A DNA stretch of 64,000 nucleotides from a virus (Duplodnaviria; Caudoviricetes), in the IMG/VR virus record IMGVR_UViG_3300022752_005266, positions 2,011-66,010 of that record. The stretch is one strand, 5' to 3'. Within the stretch, counting starts at the first letter, position 1. Each line of letters starts with the position of its first letter. Positions 37,560 through 45,877 of this stretch are shown piece by piece. The position numbers were made by a program, and so were the translations under genes. The notes under the pieces are model-generated. The model was not told the origin of the DNA. It saw only the letters and a list, made by a program, of their open reading frames with translations, and did no database searches.

Positions 37560-37801
37560 TCCGTGTCCGGCGGTCCGGCGGCGCCTCCCTTGTGTCCGGG
37601 GTCCGGGGAAGGGGTACGGGTCCGGCGGGCCGGCGGCGCGTCCGGTGTCCGGCCGGCGGGGCCTCCCTGCGTCACGCGTCCGGCGGACCGGCGGACCGGG
37701 CGACCGGCGGACCGGCGGACCGGACCGGGCGACCGGCGGACCGGCGGACCGGACCGGCGGACCGGACCGGCGCCGCCCGGGCGAACCGGGCCGGCGGACC
37801 G
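37560..37801. repeat. degenerate GTCCGG / GGACCGGC short tandem repeats
   Basis: More than 20 CCGG-centred units in non-coding DNA. Confidence 0.8.
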
Positions 37802-37814
37802 ATCGCGAGCGCGC

Positions 37815-37843
37815 TTGACGGTCGAACCGCGCCGGTATAGCTT
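37815..37843 (+). promoter_or_regulatory. early sigma70 promoter
   Basis: TTGACG-17-TAGCTT. Confidence 0.7.
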
Positions 37844-37882
37844 GACCATGCCGGTATCCTTTCCCGGCGCAACGGAGTCTGA

Positions 37883-38698
37883 ATGTCCCTCTCGATCGCG
37901 GCCCTTCCTTCGGGCTATGTCCTCTACCGCGGCCCCTCTCGCTTCACCGGTGAGCCGATCGTCATCGTCGCGACCGGTATCAAGCGCAAGTCTGGCAACG
38001 TAAAGACGGGCTATCTGGTCCAGACGTGGATCCTTCCGATCGGCGCGGACGGCGCCGCTATCCTCCCGCACGTCGCGGTCCGGACCGGCGCCGCGCGTTG
38101 CGTATGCGGGCGCTGCCCGCTCCTCGGGAACGGCTGCTATGTGCGGCTCGACACCGCGCCGCGTGCCGTTGCGGACGCGTTCAACCGCGGCCGGTACCCG
38201 GACGCGTCGCCCGAAACGGTCGGCGCGATCGTCGCGGCGCACGTGCGCGCCGGCCGGATCGACGGCTTCCGGATCGGATCGTGGGGTGACGGCGCCGCGG
38301 CGCCGGCGGATACCTGGGCTCCGATCGTGTCCGCGGTCCGCGCCGCGGGTGGGGTGACGCCCGGCTACACGCATGCATGGACGGAGCGCTACGCTACGCG
38401 GCCGGAAGCGGTCGCGAGCGCGGACGCCTACGGCTTCCTCATGGCAAGCGCGCACGGCCCCGCGGATCGGCTCCGGGCGCGCGCCGCCGGCTTCCGGGCG
38501 TTTACGCTCCTCGCGAAGGAAGAGCGTGTTCCCGGCGCGTTCCTGTGCCCCGCGACCGAGGAAACGGACTACCGTAAGACGTGCGGCGCGTGCGGCGCGT
38601 GCGACGGAAAGCGCGGCGCCGACGACCGGCGCGCCGACCCGGTGATCGTCGTGCACGGTGCCGCTTCGAAGCGTGCCGCCGCTACCCTGACCGCCTAA
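37883..38698 (+). CDS. Cys-rich phage protein, GP88-like (possible Fe-S, degenerate radical-SAM-like)
   Basis: 'NVKTG', 'CGRCP...CY', 'RIGSWGD', 'GYTH', 'CPA', 'CGACGAC', 'HG'. Confidence 0.6.
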   Translation: MSLSIAALPSGYVLYRGPSRFTGEPIVIVATGIKRKSGNVKTGYLVQTWILPIGADGAAILPHVAVRTGAARCVCGRCPLLGNGCYVRLDTAPRAVADAFNRGRYPDASPETVGAIVAAHVRAGRIDGFRIGSWGDGAAAPADTWAPIVSAVRAAGGVTPGYTHAWTERYATRPEAVASADAYGFLMASAHGPADRLRARAAGFRAFTLLAKEERVPGAFLCPATEETDYRKTCGACGACDGKRGADDRRADPVIVVHGAASKRAAATLTA

Positions 38699-38723
38699 CT
38701 GACTAAACCACGGAGGTATTCCT

Positions 38724-39038
38724 ATGTCCCCTTTCCAGAAGACCACGATCGAGATCGTCACCGTCGACGGCCGCGAACCCGTCCCCGGCTACACCGTCCG
38801 CGCCTGCCCGGCGATCGCCGTCACCCGGCGCGCGGCGAACCACCCGTGGACCCTCACCCACGTCCCGACCGGCCGGACGATGTCCCGCACGTTCCCGAAG
38901 CTCGGCGACGCCAAGCGGACCGCGGCCGCCGTCGCGGAGCTCCTTGCCGGGGTCGACCTGACGACCGACGACCCGGCGGAGGTGGCCGGCCGGATCATGG
39001 CCGTTCCCGGGGCCCGGGCCGCGCTTTTCTACCGGTAG
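38724..39038 (+). CDS. early hypothetical protein
   Basis: GGAGG RBS; 'WTLTHVPTG' motif. Confidence 0.65.
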   Translation: MSPFQKTTIEIVTVDGREPVPGYTVRACPAIAVTRRAANHPWTLTHVPTGRTMSRTFPKLGDAKRTAAAVAELLAGVDLTTDDPAEVAGRIMAVPGARAALFYR

Positions 39039-39047
39039 GCCGGAACC

Positions 39048-39085
39048 CCGTATCGTTACGGAGCCTACGCTCCGTAACGATACGG
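39048..39085. repeat. perfect 17-bp inverted repeat
   Basis: CCGTATCGTTACGGAGC-CTAC-GCTCCGTAACGATACGG. Confidence 0.9.
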
Positions 39086-39189
39086 ACCGGCGCGCGCACC
39101 GTCGCCTTCCGTTCTTTCTGACCTGTCAACGCTCCGACGCGCCTCCGGCCCGCTTTCCCGCGGTCCGGGGGCGTTCGCGTTTAGGCGCG

Positions 39190-39264
39190 CTGGGAAGCGA
39201 TATGAGCCGTCCGGCCGGCGACCCTATGCCTACCCCCTACCGGCCCCCCTGCCTTGCCTTACAG
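39190..39264. repeat. 75-bp element, copy B
   Basis: CTGGGAAGCG...TATGCCTACCCC...TGCCTTACAG. Confidence 0.6.
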
Positions 39265-40096
39265 CGCGTCCGGCGGGCCTTCCTGCGCGTCCGGCGGGCG
39301 CCTACCCCGGCGTCCGGCGGCCCGGCGTCCGGCTATCCGGGCCGGCGGGTTGCCCTTCCGGGCGCGCCTCCGGCGGAAGTCCGGTTCGAACGCCGACTTT
39401 CCGGGATGCCGGCGGGCCGGCGGTCGAACCGGCGCCACGAAGCCGCGGACCGCCTCCCGGCGGGCGTCCGGCTTTCCCGGCGTTCGACCGGCGAAAGTTG
39501 CGATCGGCATACTGAACATCTGTGGTGTCAAATATTGAGCATTTCGCGAAAAACCCAGGTTAAACGCCGGTTATTCCTGACCCCGGGGAGGGTACCTTCT
39601 CGACCGTAACGCAAACGGCTAACGATCTTCAGCACATACAGACCCCGGTAGTACTCCGATCTACTTTGTCGTTCCCCTACCACGATCCTCTCCTCGCTCT
39701 GATCCCGTGGGGCCTATTCGCGTTTTTCGCGTCAAGTAGACCCCCCTGCGGACAGGTGTAACGCTCTGACCCCCTCTACAATGCCGACGGGGACGGCATC
39801 GTAGCGTTACGTCCCTTGTAACGCCGATTATTCCGCAGCCCTTCGGCGGATTATCGGCGTTCGTTCGTTCGGGATTCAGCGGTTCGGCGATTGTCCCCGT
39901 GTAACGTCAACAATCGCCGAGCCGTCGGGGTGGTCGGCGATAACGCAGGCTCGAGGCGGACAATCTCGAGGTTGACGGGTGGCCGAACGGAAAGATGCAG
40001 AATCTTACCGCTAAGGGTTGACGGGTGGCGGGGCGCCGCGGTAGTACTCTCTCACCGGCAGCCAGTGAGGCGGCCGGCTTCACCCACGGAGTCAAC

Positions 40097-40441
40097 GTGA
40101 CCCCCTGCCCCTTCTCTCTCGACGACCTCGACCACGAGGCCACGACCTTCCCCGGCTACGTCGACCGCGGCGACGACCTGAGCCGCCTGCTCGCCCGGCT
40201 CCACGACGCGTGGCGCAACGGCGACGACAACGCCGCGGTGACCGCCTCGGCGCTGCTGGCCTACGCTCGGGCGCTCCGCCTCGAAGCGGTGGCGCTCGAC
40301 GAGGCGCGGCGCGAGCAGGACCGCATCCGCGAGGCCTACGGCGCGGCGCGCTGGACGTGCCACAACTACGTGTACATGCCCGGCCTCACCGACGCCGAAC
40401 GCGACGAGGCGGCGCAGCTGTTCAACGACGAGGTGGAGTGA
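40097..40441 (+). CDS. hypothetical protein
   Basis: GGAGTC RBS before the GTG at 40097. Confidence 0.6.
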   Translation: MTPCPFSLDDLDHEATTFPGYVDRGDDLSRLLARLHDAWRNGDDNAAVTASALLAYARALRLEAVALDEARREQDRIREAYGAARWTCHNYVYMPGLTDAERDEAAQLFNDEVE

Positions 40442-40587
40442 TGCGCGCCCGCCTCGCCGTGGCGGCCGGTATCGCCGCCGGTCTTCTCGCGGCCGTCGTG
40501 GCCCACCTCGGCGGCGTGTTCGCCGCCGACCTCGTGGGCTGGGCGGTCGGCTTCTCCACCTTCTTCTCCCTGCGGGGTGTCAAGTGA
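40441..40587 (+). CDS. small membrane protein
   Basis: 48 aa, hydrophobic (MRARLAVAAGIAAG...); translationally coupled. Confidence 0.5.
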   Translation: MRARLAVAAGIAAGLLAAVVAHLGGVFAADLVGWAVGFSTFFSLRGVK

Positions 40588-40910
40588 CCGATCTGGACCT
40601 GCTCGGCGCCGAGCTTGCGGCGCTGCTGAACGACGACGGCAACGGGGGCGACCTCGGCTACGCCGAGCACCTCGGCGACGGGGTGCTCGACTCCGGGTGG
40701 AGTCGGCGCCGGCTCGATACGAAGCTGCGCGGCGAAGTGCGCATCCTGATCGAGGTGGACGGCGACACGCCGACGGCGGTCGTGGCCACGCTCTGGTACG
40801 ACGAGGCGGGCGAGCCCGTCGAGGACGAGTGCCACGCCGAGGGGCTCGCCCTCGGCGACGTGGCCGGCATCCGCGCGGCGGTCGACGCCGCCCTCGGGGG
40901 TGCGCGATGA
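40584..40910 (+). CDS. acidic hypothetical protein
   Basis: 108 aa, coupled. Confidence 0.6.
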   Translation: MTDLDLLGAELAALLNDDGNGGDLGYAEHLGDGVLDSGWSRRRLDTKLRGEVRILIEVDGDTPTAVVATLWYDEAGEPVEDECHAEGLALGDVAGIRAAVDAALGGAR

Positions 40911-41221
40911 CCCGGCGGCAGTGGTCGTGCGGCTACACCGCCGCCGGGATGCGCGTCCACCTCGACCTCCGCCGGGACGGCGACGCGGGCACGTTCACCC
41001 TGTGGTGCCGGGACGGCGACGAGGCCTACCGCGCCGGCTGCTGGGACTTCACCGATCAGCACGAGGAACTCGGCGCCGCGTTCGACGCGCAGGTGGCGAT
41101 CGAGGTGCTGCTCCGGGGCGGCGAGGTGGACGAGCCGCCGCGCTGGTTCCCCGCCGCCGTGCTCGGCCTGCACGCGCTGGCCGACCCGATCCGCGACGAG
41201 CCCGGTGCCCTCGGCGCGTAG
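40907..41221 (+). CDS. hypothetical protein
   Basis: ATGA overlap; MTRRQWSCG... Confidence 0.6.
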   Translation: MTRRQWSCGYTAAGMRVHLDLRRDGDAGTFTLWCRDGDEAYRAGCWDFTDQHEELGAAFDAQVAIEVLLRGGEVDEPPRWFPAAVLGLHALADPIRDEPGALGA

Positions 41222-41359
41222 CGCGCTGCTCTCCCGGCGGGACGGTCCTACCCCGTCTCGCCGGCTGCCGATAATCTTTCTTGACGCCGTCCTACCGGGG
41301 CGGTAAGTGTTTCTCACCGGCTGCCCGTGAGCCGGCCAACCCCGCACTCTGGAGTCAGC

Positions 41360-41614
41360 ATGCTCCCCAGCTGGATCGTCAACCCTGTCGACGCCGAAAC
41401 GGCGATCGAGATCACCCTCCTCGTCAGCCCTATGATCGACTTCTCGCAGGTGGAGGACAGCCGCGACGTGTCGGCCTACATCGGCGCGATGGTCGGGGCG
41501 TTCCAGTCGAAGCACCGCGACGCCGACTGGAACTGCGAGGACTACCTCTCCGCGATCGAAAGCTTCGTCGCCGCCTACATCGCCGCCGACCCCGTCCACT
41601 TCATCCGCGCCTAA
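41360..41614 (+). CDS. acidic hypothetical protein
   Basis: GGAGTC RBS before the ATG at 41360. Confidence 0.6.
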   Translation: MLPSWIVNPVDAETAIEITLLVSPMIDFSQVEDSRDVSAYIGAMVGAFQSKHRDADWNCEDYLSAIESFVAAYIAADPVHFIRA

Positions 41615-41643
41615 GCGCATCACCCCCACCCTCTGGAGTCAAC

Positions 41644-43077
41644 ATGAACGCCGACCTCAACACCAACGCCGCCCCCCTCGCCCGCTGGACCCGCCCCGAC
41701 GGCTCGACCGTCGAGGGCCCCGCGCAGGACCTCATGCGCGACTACGCCGCGGCCGGCTTCGCCGGGCGCCTCGTGGCGGTCGACGCCGCGCCGGCCCCGG
41801 TCGCCGCTCCCGCGCCGGCCCTGCGCCCCGGTGTCGACGTCGACCCCGAGGCCGAGCGCCGGATCAAGGCGGCCGAGGCCTTCCTCTCCGCGCGCGGCTT
41901 CGCCCCGCCGCCGCCGTGGTTCGCGGCCGGCACGGAGATGCTCCCCGAGGGGCGCGCCACGTTCCGCGGGCTCGCCCGCCGGCACGAGGAGCAGCCCGCC
42001 TTCCGGGACGCGGCGGGCGCCGTCATCAGCCAGATCAAGGCCGAGCGCCGGAGCGACGTCCAGCTGGGCGACGCGCGTGCGCTGCGCCTGCTGCCCGACG
42101 GCACGCTCACCCGGGGCAAGGCGCCGATCGCGCTGGAGCCGCTCGCGCTCAAGGGCCTGATCTCGCGCTTCCCCAAGGCCTTCCCCGGCGCGTGGTCGTT
42201 CCTCTCCCTGCTCGACCCGGCGGCCCGGGCCGAGGCCGTCAACGCGCAGCTGTCCCGGCTGGGCGAGTGGTACGACGACGACGGCCGCAACCTCCGGCTG
42301 CGCCTGCGCAACCTCGACGGGCGGTGGCAGGCGTTCGCGGCGGTGTCCCCGAGCTACATGCCCATGGACGCCGACAAGGTGCTGGGCGCCTACGTCGAGA
42401 CGCTCGACGGGCTCGGCCTGCCCGACCCGCGCGGCGTCGTGGCGTACAACGGTGAGACGACCGACGTCACGATCCGCGCGACGTGGCACGCCCCCCAGAG
42501 CTTCCGCCCGAGCGTCGGCGACGTGTTCGAGTCCGGGATCGTCGGCCGCTCGAACGACGCGGGCGGCGGCGCCCACACCGGCGGGAACACGTTCGTCCGC
42601 GTGCGCTGCATCAACTGCACGACGCTCGACTTCGGCGATGACGCGTTCCGCCGCGTGCACAAGGGCAGCCGCACGCAGGACCTCACCGCGGTCGGCCTGC
42701 GCCGCATCCAGCAGGACGTCGCCGGCCTCGTGAACCAGAGCGGCGAGGCCGCGCGGTACTTCCTCGACTCGTGGGGCGTGCTCCGCGAGACGTCGATCCG
42801 CGACGTGTCGATCGGCGGCAAGAAGCACGCCGACCCGAAAGACGCGCTCCGCGCCCTCGTGAAGAGCGGCGAGCTCGACGCCGACGTGGCGCGCGACACC
42901 ATGGTCGAGGCGCTTCTCCGCGGGTACGACGCCGAGCCCGGCGACACCCTGGCCGACGTGTTCAACGCGGTGACGCGCGCCGCGCACGAGGGGCTCCTCG
43001 ACGAGATCCAGCGCTGGCGCGTCGAGCGCGCCGCCGGGGCCCTGCTCCCCGTGCTGGTCCAGCGCGCCGAGGCGTAG
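41644..43077 (+). CDS. DUF932-like protein
   Basis: GGAGTC RBS; 'AVSPSY', 'SNDAGGG', 'RVRCINC', 'RRVHKG', 'DVFNAVT'. Confidence 0.65.
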   Translation: MNADLNTNAAPLARWTRPDGSTVEGPAQDLMRDYAAAGFAGRLVAVDAAPAPVAAPAPALRPGVDVDPEAERRIKAAEAFLSARGFAPPPPWFAAGTEMLPEGRATFRGLARRHEEQPAFRDAAGAVISQIKAERRSDVQLGDARALRLLPDGTLTRGKAPIALEPLALKGLISRFPKAFPGAWSFLSLLDPAARAEAVNAQLSRLGEWYDDDGRNLRLRLRNLDGRWQAFAAVSPSYMPMDADKVLGAYVETLDGLGLPDPRGVVAYNGETTDVTIRATWHAPQSFRPSVGDVFESGIVGRSNDAGGGAHTGGNTFVRVRCINCTTLDFGDDAFRRVHKGSRTQDLTAVGLRRIQQDVAGLVNQSGEAARYFLDSWGVLRETSIRDVSIGGKKHADPKDALRALVKSGELDADVARDTMVEALLRGYDAEPGDTLADVFNAVTRAAHEGLLDEIQRWRVERAAGALLPVLVQRAEA

Positions 43078-43183
43078 GCCGCTGCGCGGGGAGGCCTCGC
43101 CCTCCCCGCCCTGCGCGCCTGCCGGGGTCCGACCCCCCGGCGCCGAGGCGCGCAGAATAGCCGGCCTCCGCGGGCTTTCTCCG

Positions 43184-43213
43184 TTGACTCGCCAGTCGAC
43201 GGCCGGCTATTCT
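43184..43213 (+). promoter_or_regulatory. sigma70-like promoter
   Basis: TTGACT-18-TATTCT upstream of 43273. Confidence 0.45.
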
Positions 43214-43272
43214 CCGCACCTCGACATACCGCTCCGGTATCGCTATACTCCCCCGACCCCGAGGACCTCACC

Positions 43273-43617
43273 ATGAACGACCGCGCTTTCGGCGCCGCCC
43301 TCGACGCCTACCATGACCGCCTCTTCTCGCGCGCCTACGACGGCGACGACCCCGAGCGCCTCCTCGCCGACGAGGCGGCCGCCGTCCTGGCGGGCGCCGG
43401 CTACGCCGTCGAGGACGTCCGCGATGACGGCTTCCTCGTCCGCGTGGGCGACCACGTCGTCTGCGTTTCCGAGGACGAGGATCACCCGCGCCGCTGGGAG
43501 GTGTCCACGTCCACCCGGCTGTACGCGCAGCGCCTCGGCCGCATCAGCCGCCACCTCGACGGTGACGTGCTCGGCGACTTCCGGCGCGCCACCCGCTCTC
43601 TGACCAGCAGCCAGTAA
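43273..43617 (+). CDS. hypothetical protein
   Basis: GAGGA RBS; 114 aa. Confidence 0.6.
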   Translation: MNDRAFGAALDAYHDRLFSRAYDGDDPERLLADEAAAVLAGAGYAVEDVRDDGFLVRVGDHVVCVSEDEDHPRRWEVSTSTRLYAQRLGRISRHLDGDVLGDFRRATRSLTSSQ

Positions 43618-43631
43618 GAAGGAGTCTCCCG

Positions 43632-44012
43632 ATGCTTCCCCTCCCCTCCCCGCAGCACCGCATCCTCTCCGCCATCGTGGGCGTGGCGCACGAGCTCCAC
43701 CTCGACGCCACGCTCGACTCCGACGGTAGCCGACTCGGCGGTACGATCTACTTCTACCCGGCGGGCCTGTTCGACGCCGTGGCCTCGCTCGCGTACGAGG
43801 TGTGCGCCGACGGCGCCCTGCAGCTGAACCTGTACGACGACGACGGCCGCAGCGTCGACGTTCTGGGCGACGACACGCGCACCGGCCGCACCTACGTCGA
43901 GATCACCCCCGAGAACGGGCAGCAGGCCGTCGAGGCGGTCTGCAGCCGGCTCGCCGAGATCGTCGGCGTGGACCCGCATATCTACGCAGGCCCCCTTCGC
44001 CCCCGAACCTAA
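43632..44012 (+). CDS. hypothetical protein
   Basis: AAGGAG RBS; 126 aa. Confidence 0.65.
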   Translation: MLPLPSPQHRILSAIVGVAHELHLDATLDSDGSRLGGTIYFYPAGLFDAVASLAYEVCADGALQLNLYDDDGRSVDVLGDDTRTGRTYVEITPENGQQAVEAVCSRLAEIVGVDPHIYAGPLRPRT

Positions 44013-44027
44013 CGAGGAGTTACGACA

Positions 44028-44291
44028 ATGTCCAGCACCGTATCGAAGTATCGACCCCCCATCCGCACGCGCTCCGGCACCCGGATCGAACGCGCGTGGG
44101 CGTACATCCGCGTGGCGCAGACGACCGAGAACGCGAACGACTTCCTGGGCGCGCTCGCCGGCGCGATCGAGTCGTCCGACGGCCTGTTCTTCTCCGACCG
44201 GCGCATGGTCCTCGACCGCGTGTTCGAGATCCAGCGCGAGCGCGGGCCGCGCCTCGTGCCTGAGCAGCTGGCCGGAGCGTTCGAAGAATGA
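44028..44291 (+). CDS. hypothetical protein
   Basis: GAGGAG RBS; 87 aa. Confidence 0.6.
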   Translation: MSSTVSKYRPPIRTRSGTRIERAWAYIRVAQTTENANDFLGALAGAIESSDGLFFSDRRMVLDRVFEIQRERGPRLVPEQLAGAFEE

Positions 44292-44407
44292 GCGCCGCCG
44301 TCTGCCTCGGAGCCTGCATTGTCCTGCTCGGCGGGGCATATGCGATCGTCCTCTTCTACGCGTTCACTTCCCCGAAAGCCTCACACGGATGGGATGACAA
44401 TGACTAA
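44288..44407 (+). CDS. small membrane peptide (39 aa)
   Basis: ATGA overlap; MSAAVCLGACIVLLGGAYAIVLFYAF... Confidence 0.4.
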   Translation: MSAAVCLGACIVLLGGAYAIVLFYAFTSPKASHGWDDND

Positions 44408-44852
44408 GACCCGCCAGCCTGCCGCCCTCACGCTCACCGTCACCGACTCACACGCGGCGGTCACGCTCGCCGCACCGGGGGCGCCCGGCGTCTCCGTCTC
44501 CCGCACCGGCGAGGACGAGCGCACCGCCATCGCCGCCTCGCTCCGCGGCCTCGCGGACACGCTCGAAGCCAACCGGCGCGAGGAGCGCCGAGCCGGCGAG
44601 ACGACCTGGGTACGCATGTCCATCCTCGTGGACGTTGAGGTGTCGGTTGCCGAGGCCGCCCGGATGCGCGTCTGCGAGGAGCGCGTCAACCGTGGCAGCG
44701 TCGACGTCGGCGCCATCGCGGCCGCCGAGGAGTCGCTCCGGATCGCGACGGGCTGGATGGCCACGGCGCTCCACGACAACGACGCGCGCCGCTGGATCGC
44801 GTTCGACTGGTCGCCGGTGGACGAGTGCTTCGACGCGATGGAGGACCAGTGA
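44394..44852 (+). CDS. hypothetical protein
   Basis: Probable start MTMTKTRQ. Confidence 0.55.
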   Translation: MTMTKTRQPAALTLTVTDSHAAVTLAAPGAPGVSVSRTGEDERTAIAASLRGLADTLEANRREERRAGETTWVRMSILVDVEVSVAEAARMRVCEERVNRGSVDVGAIAAAEESLRIATGWMATALHDNDARRWIAFDWSPVDECFDAMEDQ

Positions 44853-45277
44853 GCACGACGTTCTGGTGCCCGGACGCGCCGACGATGCGCGTGCCCTGCC
44901 CCTACTGCGAAGCAGAGGGGAAGCGCTGCGACAGCTACTGCCGCGGCTACGATGAGATGAGCCTCGCCCCCGAGGTGAACCTCTCCAGCGGACACGCCGC
45001 GCTCCAGTTGGCCGTGCTCGGCGTCGAGCACGAGGGCGAGCCCTACGGCAAGCTGACCGGCAGCCAGCTATCCGATCTGCTCCAGCGGGCGATGTTCGTC
45101 CTCGCCACGGGCAAGCTGGCCGAACTGGTCGAGGCGCCGAGCGAGAGCACCGGCCCGCTCGGTTGCCGGGTGGTCAGCCTCGGCCTTTCCTGCGAGCGGT
45201 TGACGAGCACGATGGAGCGGCTCGTCGACCTGTTCGACTACGCCGCCCGCAACCGGCTCGCCGTCCACTACGGTTAG
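44849..45277 (+). CDS. zinc-finger-containing hypothetical protein
   Basis: GGAGGA RBS, GTGA overlap; 'CPYC...CDSYCRG'. Confidence 0.6.
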   Translation: MSTTFWCPDAPTMRVPCPYCEAEGKRCDSYCRGYDEMSLAPEVNLSSGHAALQLAVLGVEHEGEPYGKLTGSQLSDLLQRAMFVLATGKLAELVEAPSESTGPLGCRVVSLGLSCERLTSTMERLVDLFDYAARNRLAVHYG

Positions 45278-45846
45278 CCGGAGGAGCGCCCCGCCGCGAC
45301 GATACGCGCGAGGCGCTCGTCGAAGTCCACGTCGACACGGATGGCCGTCTCCTGCACAGAGGCGGCCTTCGTCGCGACCTCCACGAGGCCGCACCGATCG
45401 AGGATCAGCTCGGCCGCCTTGAGCCGATCCTTGGGAGTGGTGGCCTCGTCCTGCATCAGGACCACGAGCGTGCCGATGGCCTCGTTCGCGGCGTCTTCGA
45501 GCTCCTGGCCGAGCGTGCGCCGGCGAAGCTCGCGGCCCCGCTCGATCGCTCCCTTGATGGCCGGCTCCTCCGCCCAGCCCCACACGATGTGCGGGCGCAG
45601 GCGGAGCTTCCGGCTCACCTCGCGCACCGTGTAGCCGGCGCTCAGCAGCTGGACGGCGACGGCCCGGCACTCCGGGTCGTTCGCGAACGCCGTCTGCTGG
45701 GCGAGCATCTCCACGACCTCGGCCTCGGCCGCGGCCTCGACGCGAACTGCGCGGGCCGGCGCAGCCGGCGGGGAGAACGAAGGCGCGATGGTCCCGAGTC
45801 CGGGGGGAGTAGGGACGACGACGCGAGGGGTTTCGGATTCCGCCAT
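45274..45846 (-). CDS. HTH protein, terminase small subunit-like
   Basis: HTH 'GYTVREVSRKLRL...VWGW' and C-terminal 'KDRLKAAELILDRCG'. Confidence 0.55.
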   Translation of the reverse strand: MAESETPRVVVPTPPGLGTIAPSFSPPAAPARAVRVEAAAEAEVVEMLAQQTAFANDPECRAVAVQLLSAGYTVREVSRKLRLRPHIVWGWAEEPAIKGAIERGRELRRRTLGQELEDAANEAIGTLVVLMQDEATTPKDRLKAAELILDRCGLVEVATKAASVQETAIRVDVDFDERLARIVAAGRSSG

Positions 45847-45877
45847 GGAAGCCTCCGCCCCCATCATAACCGGAGCG

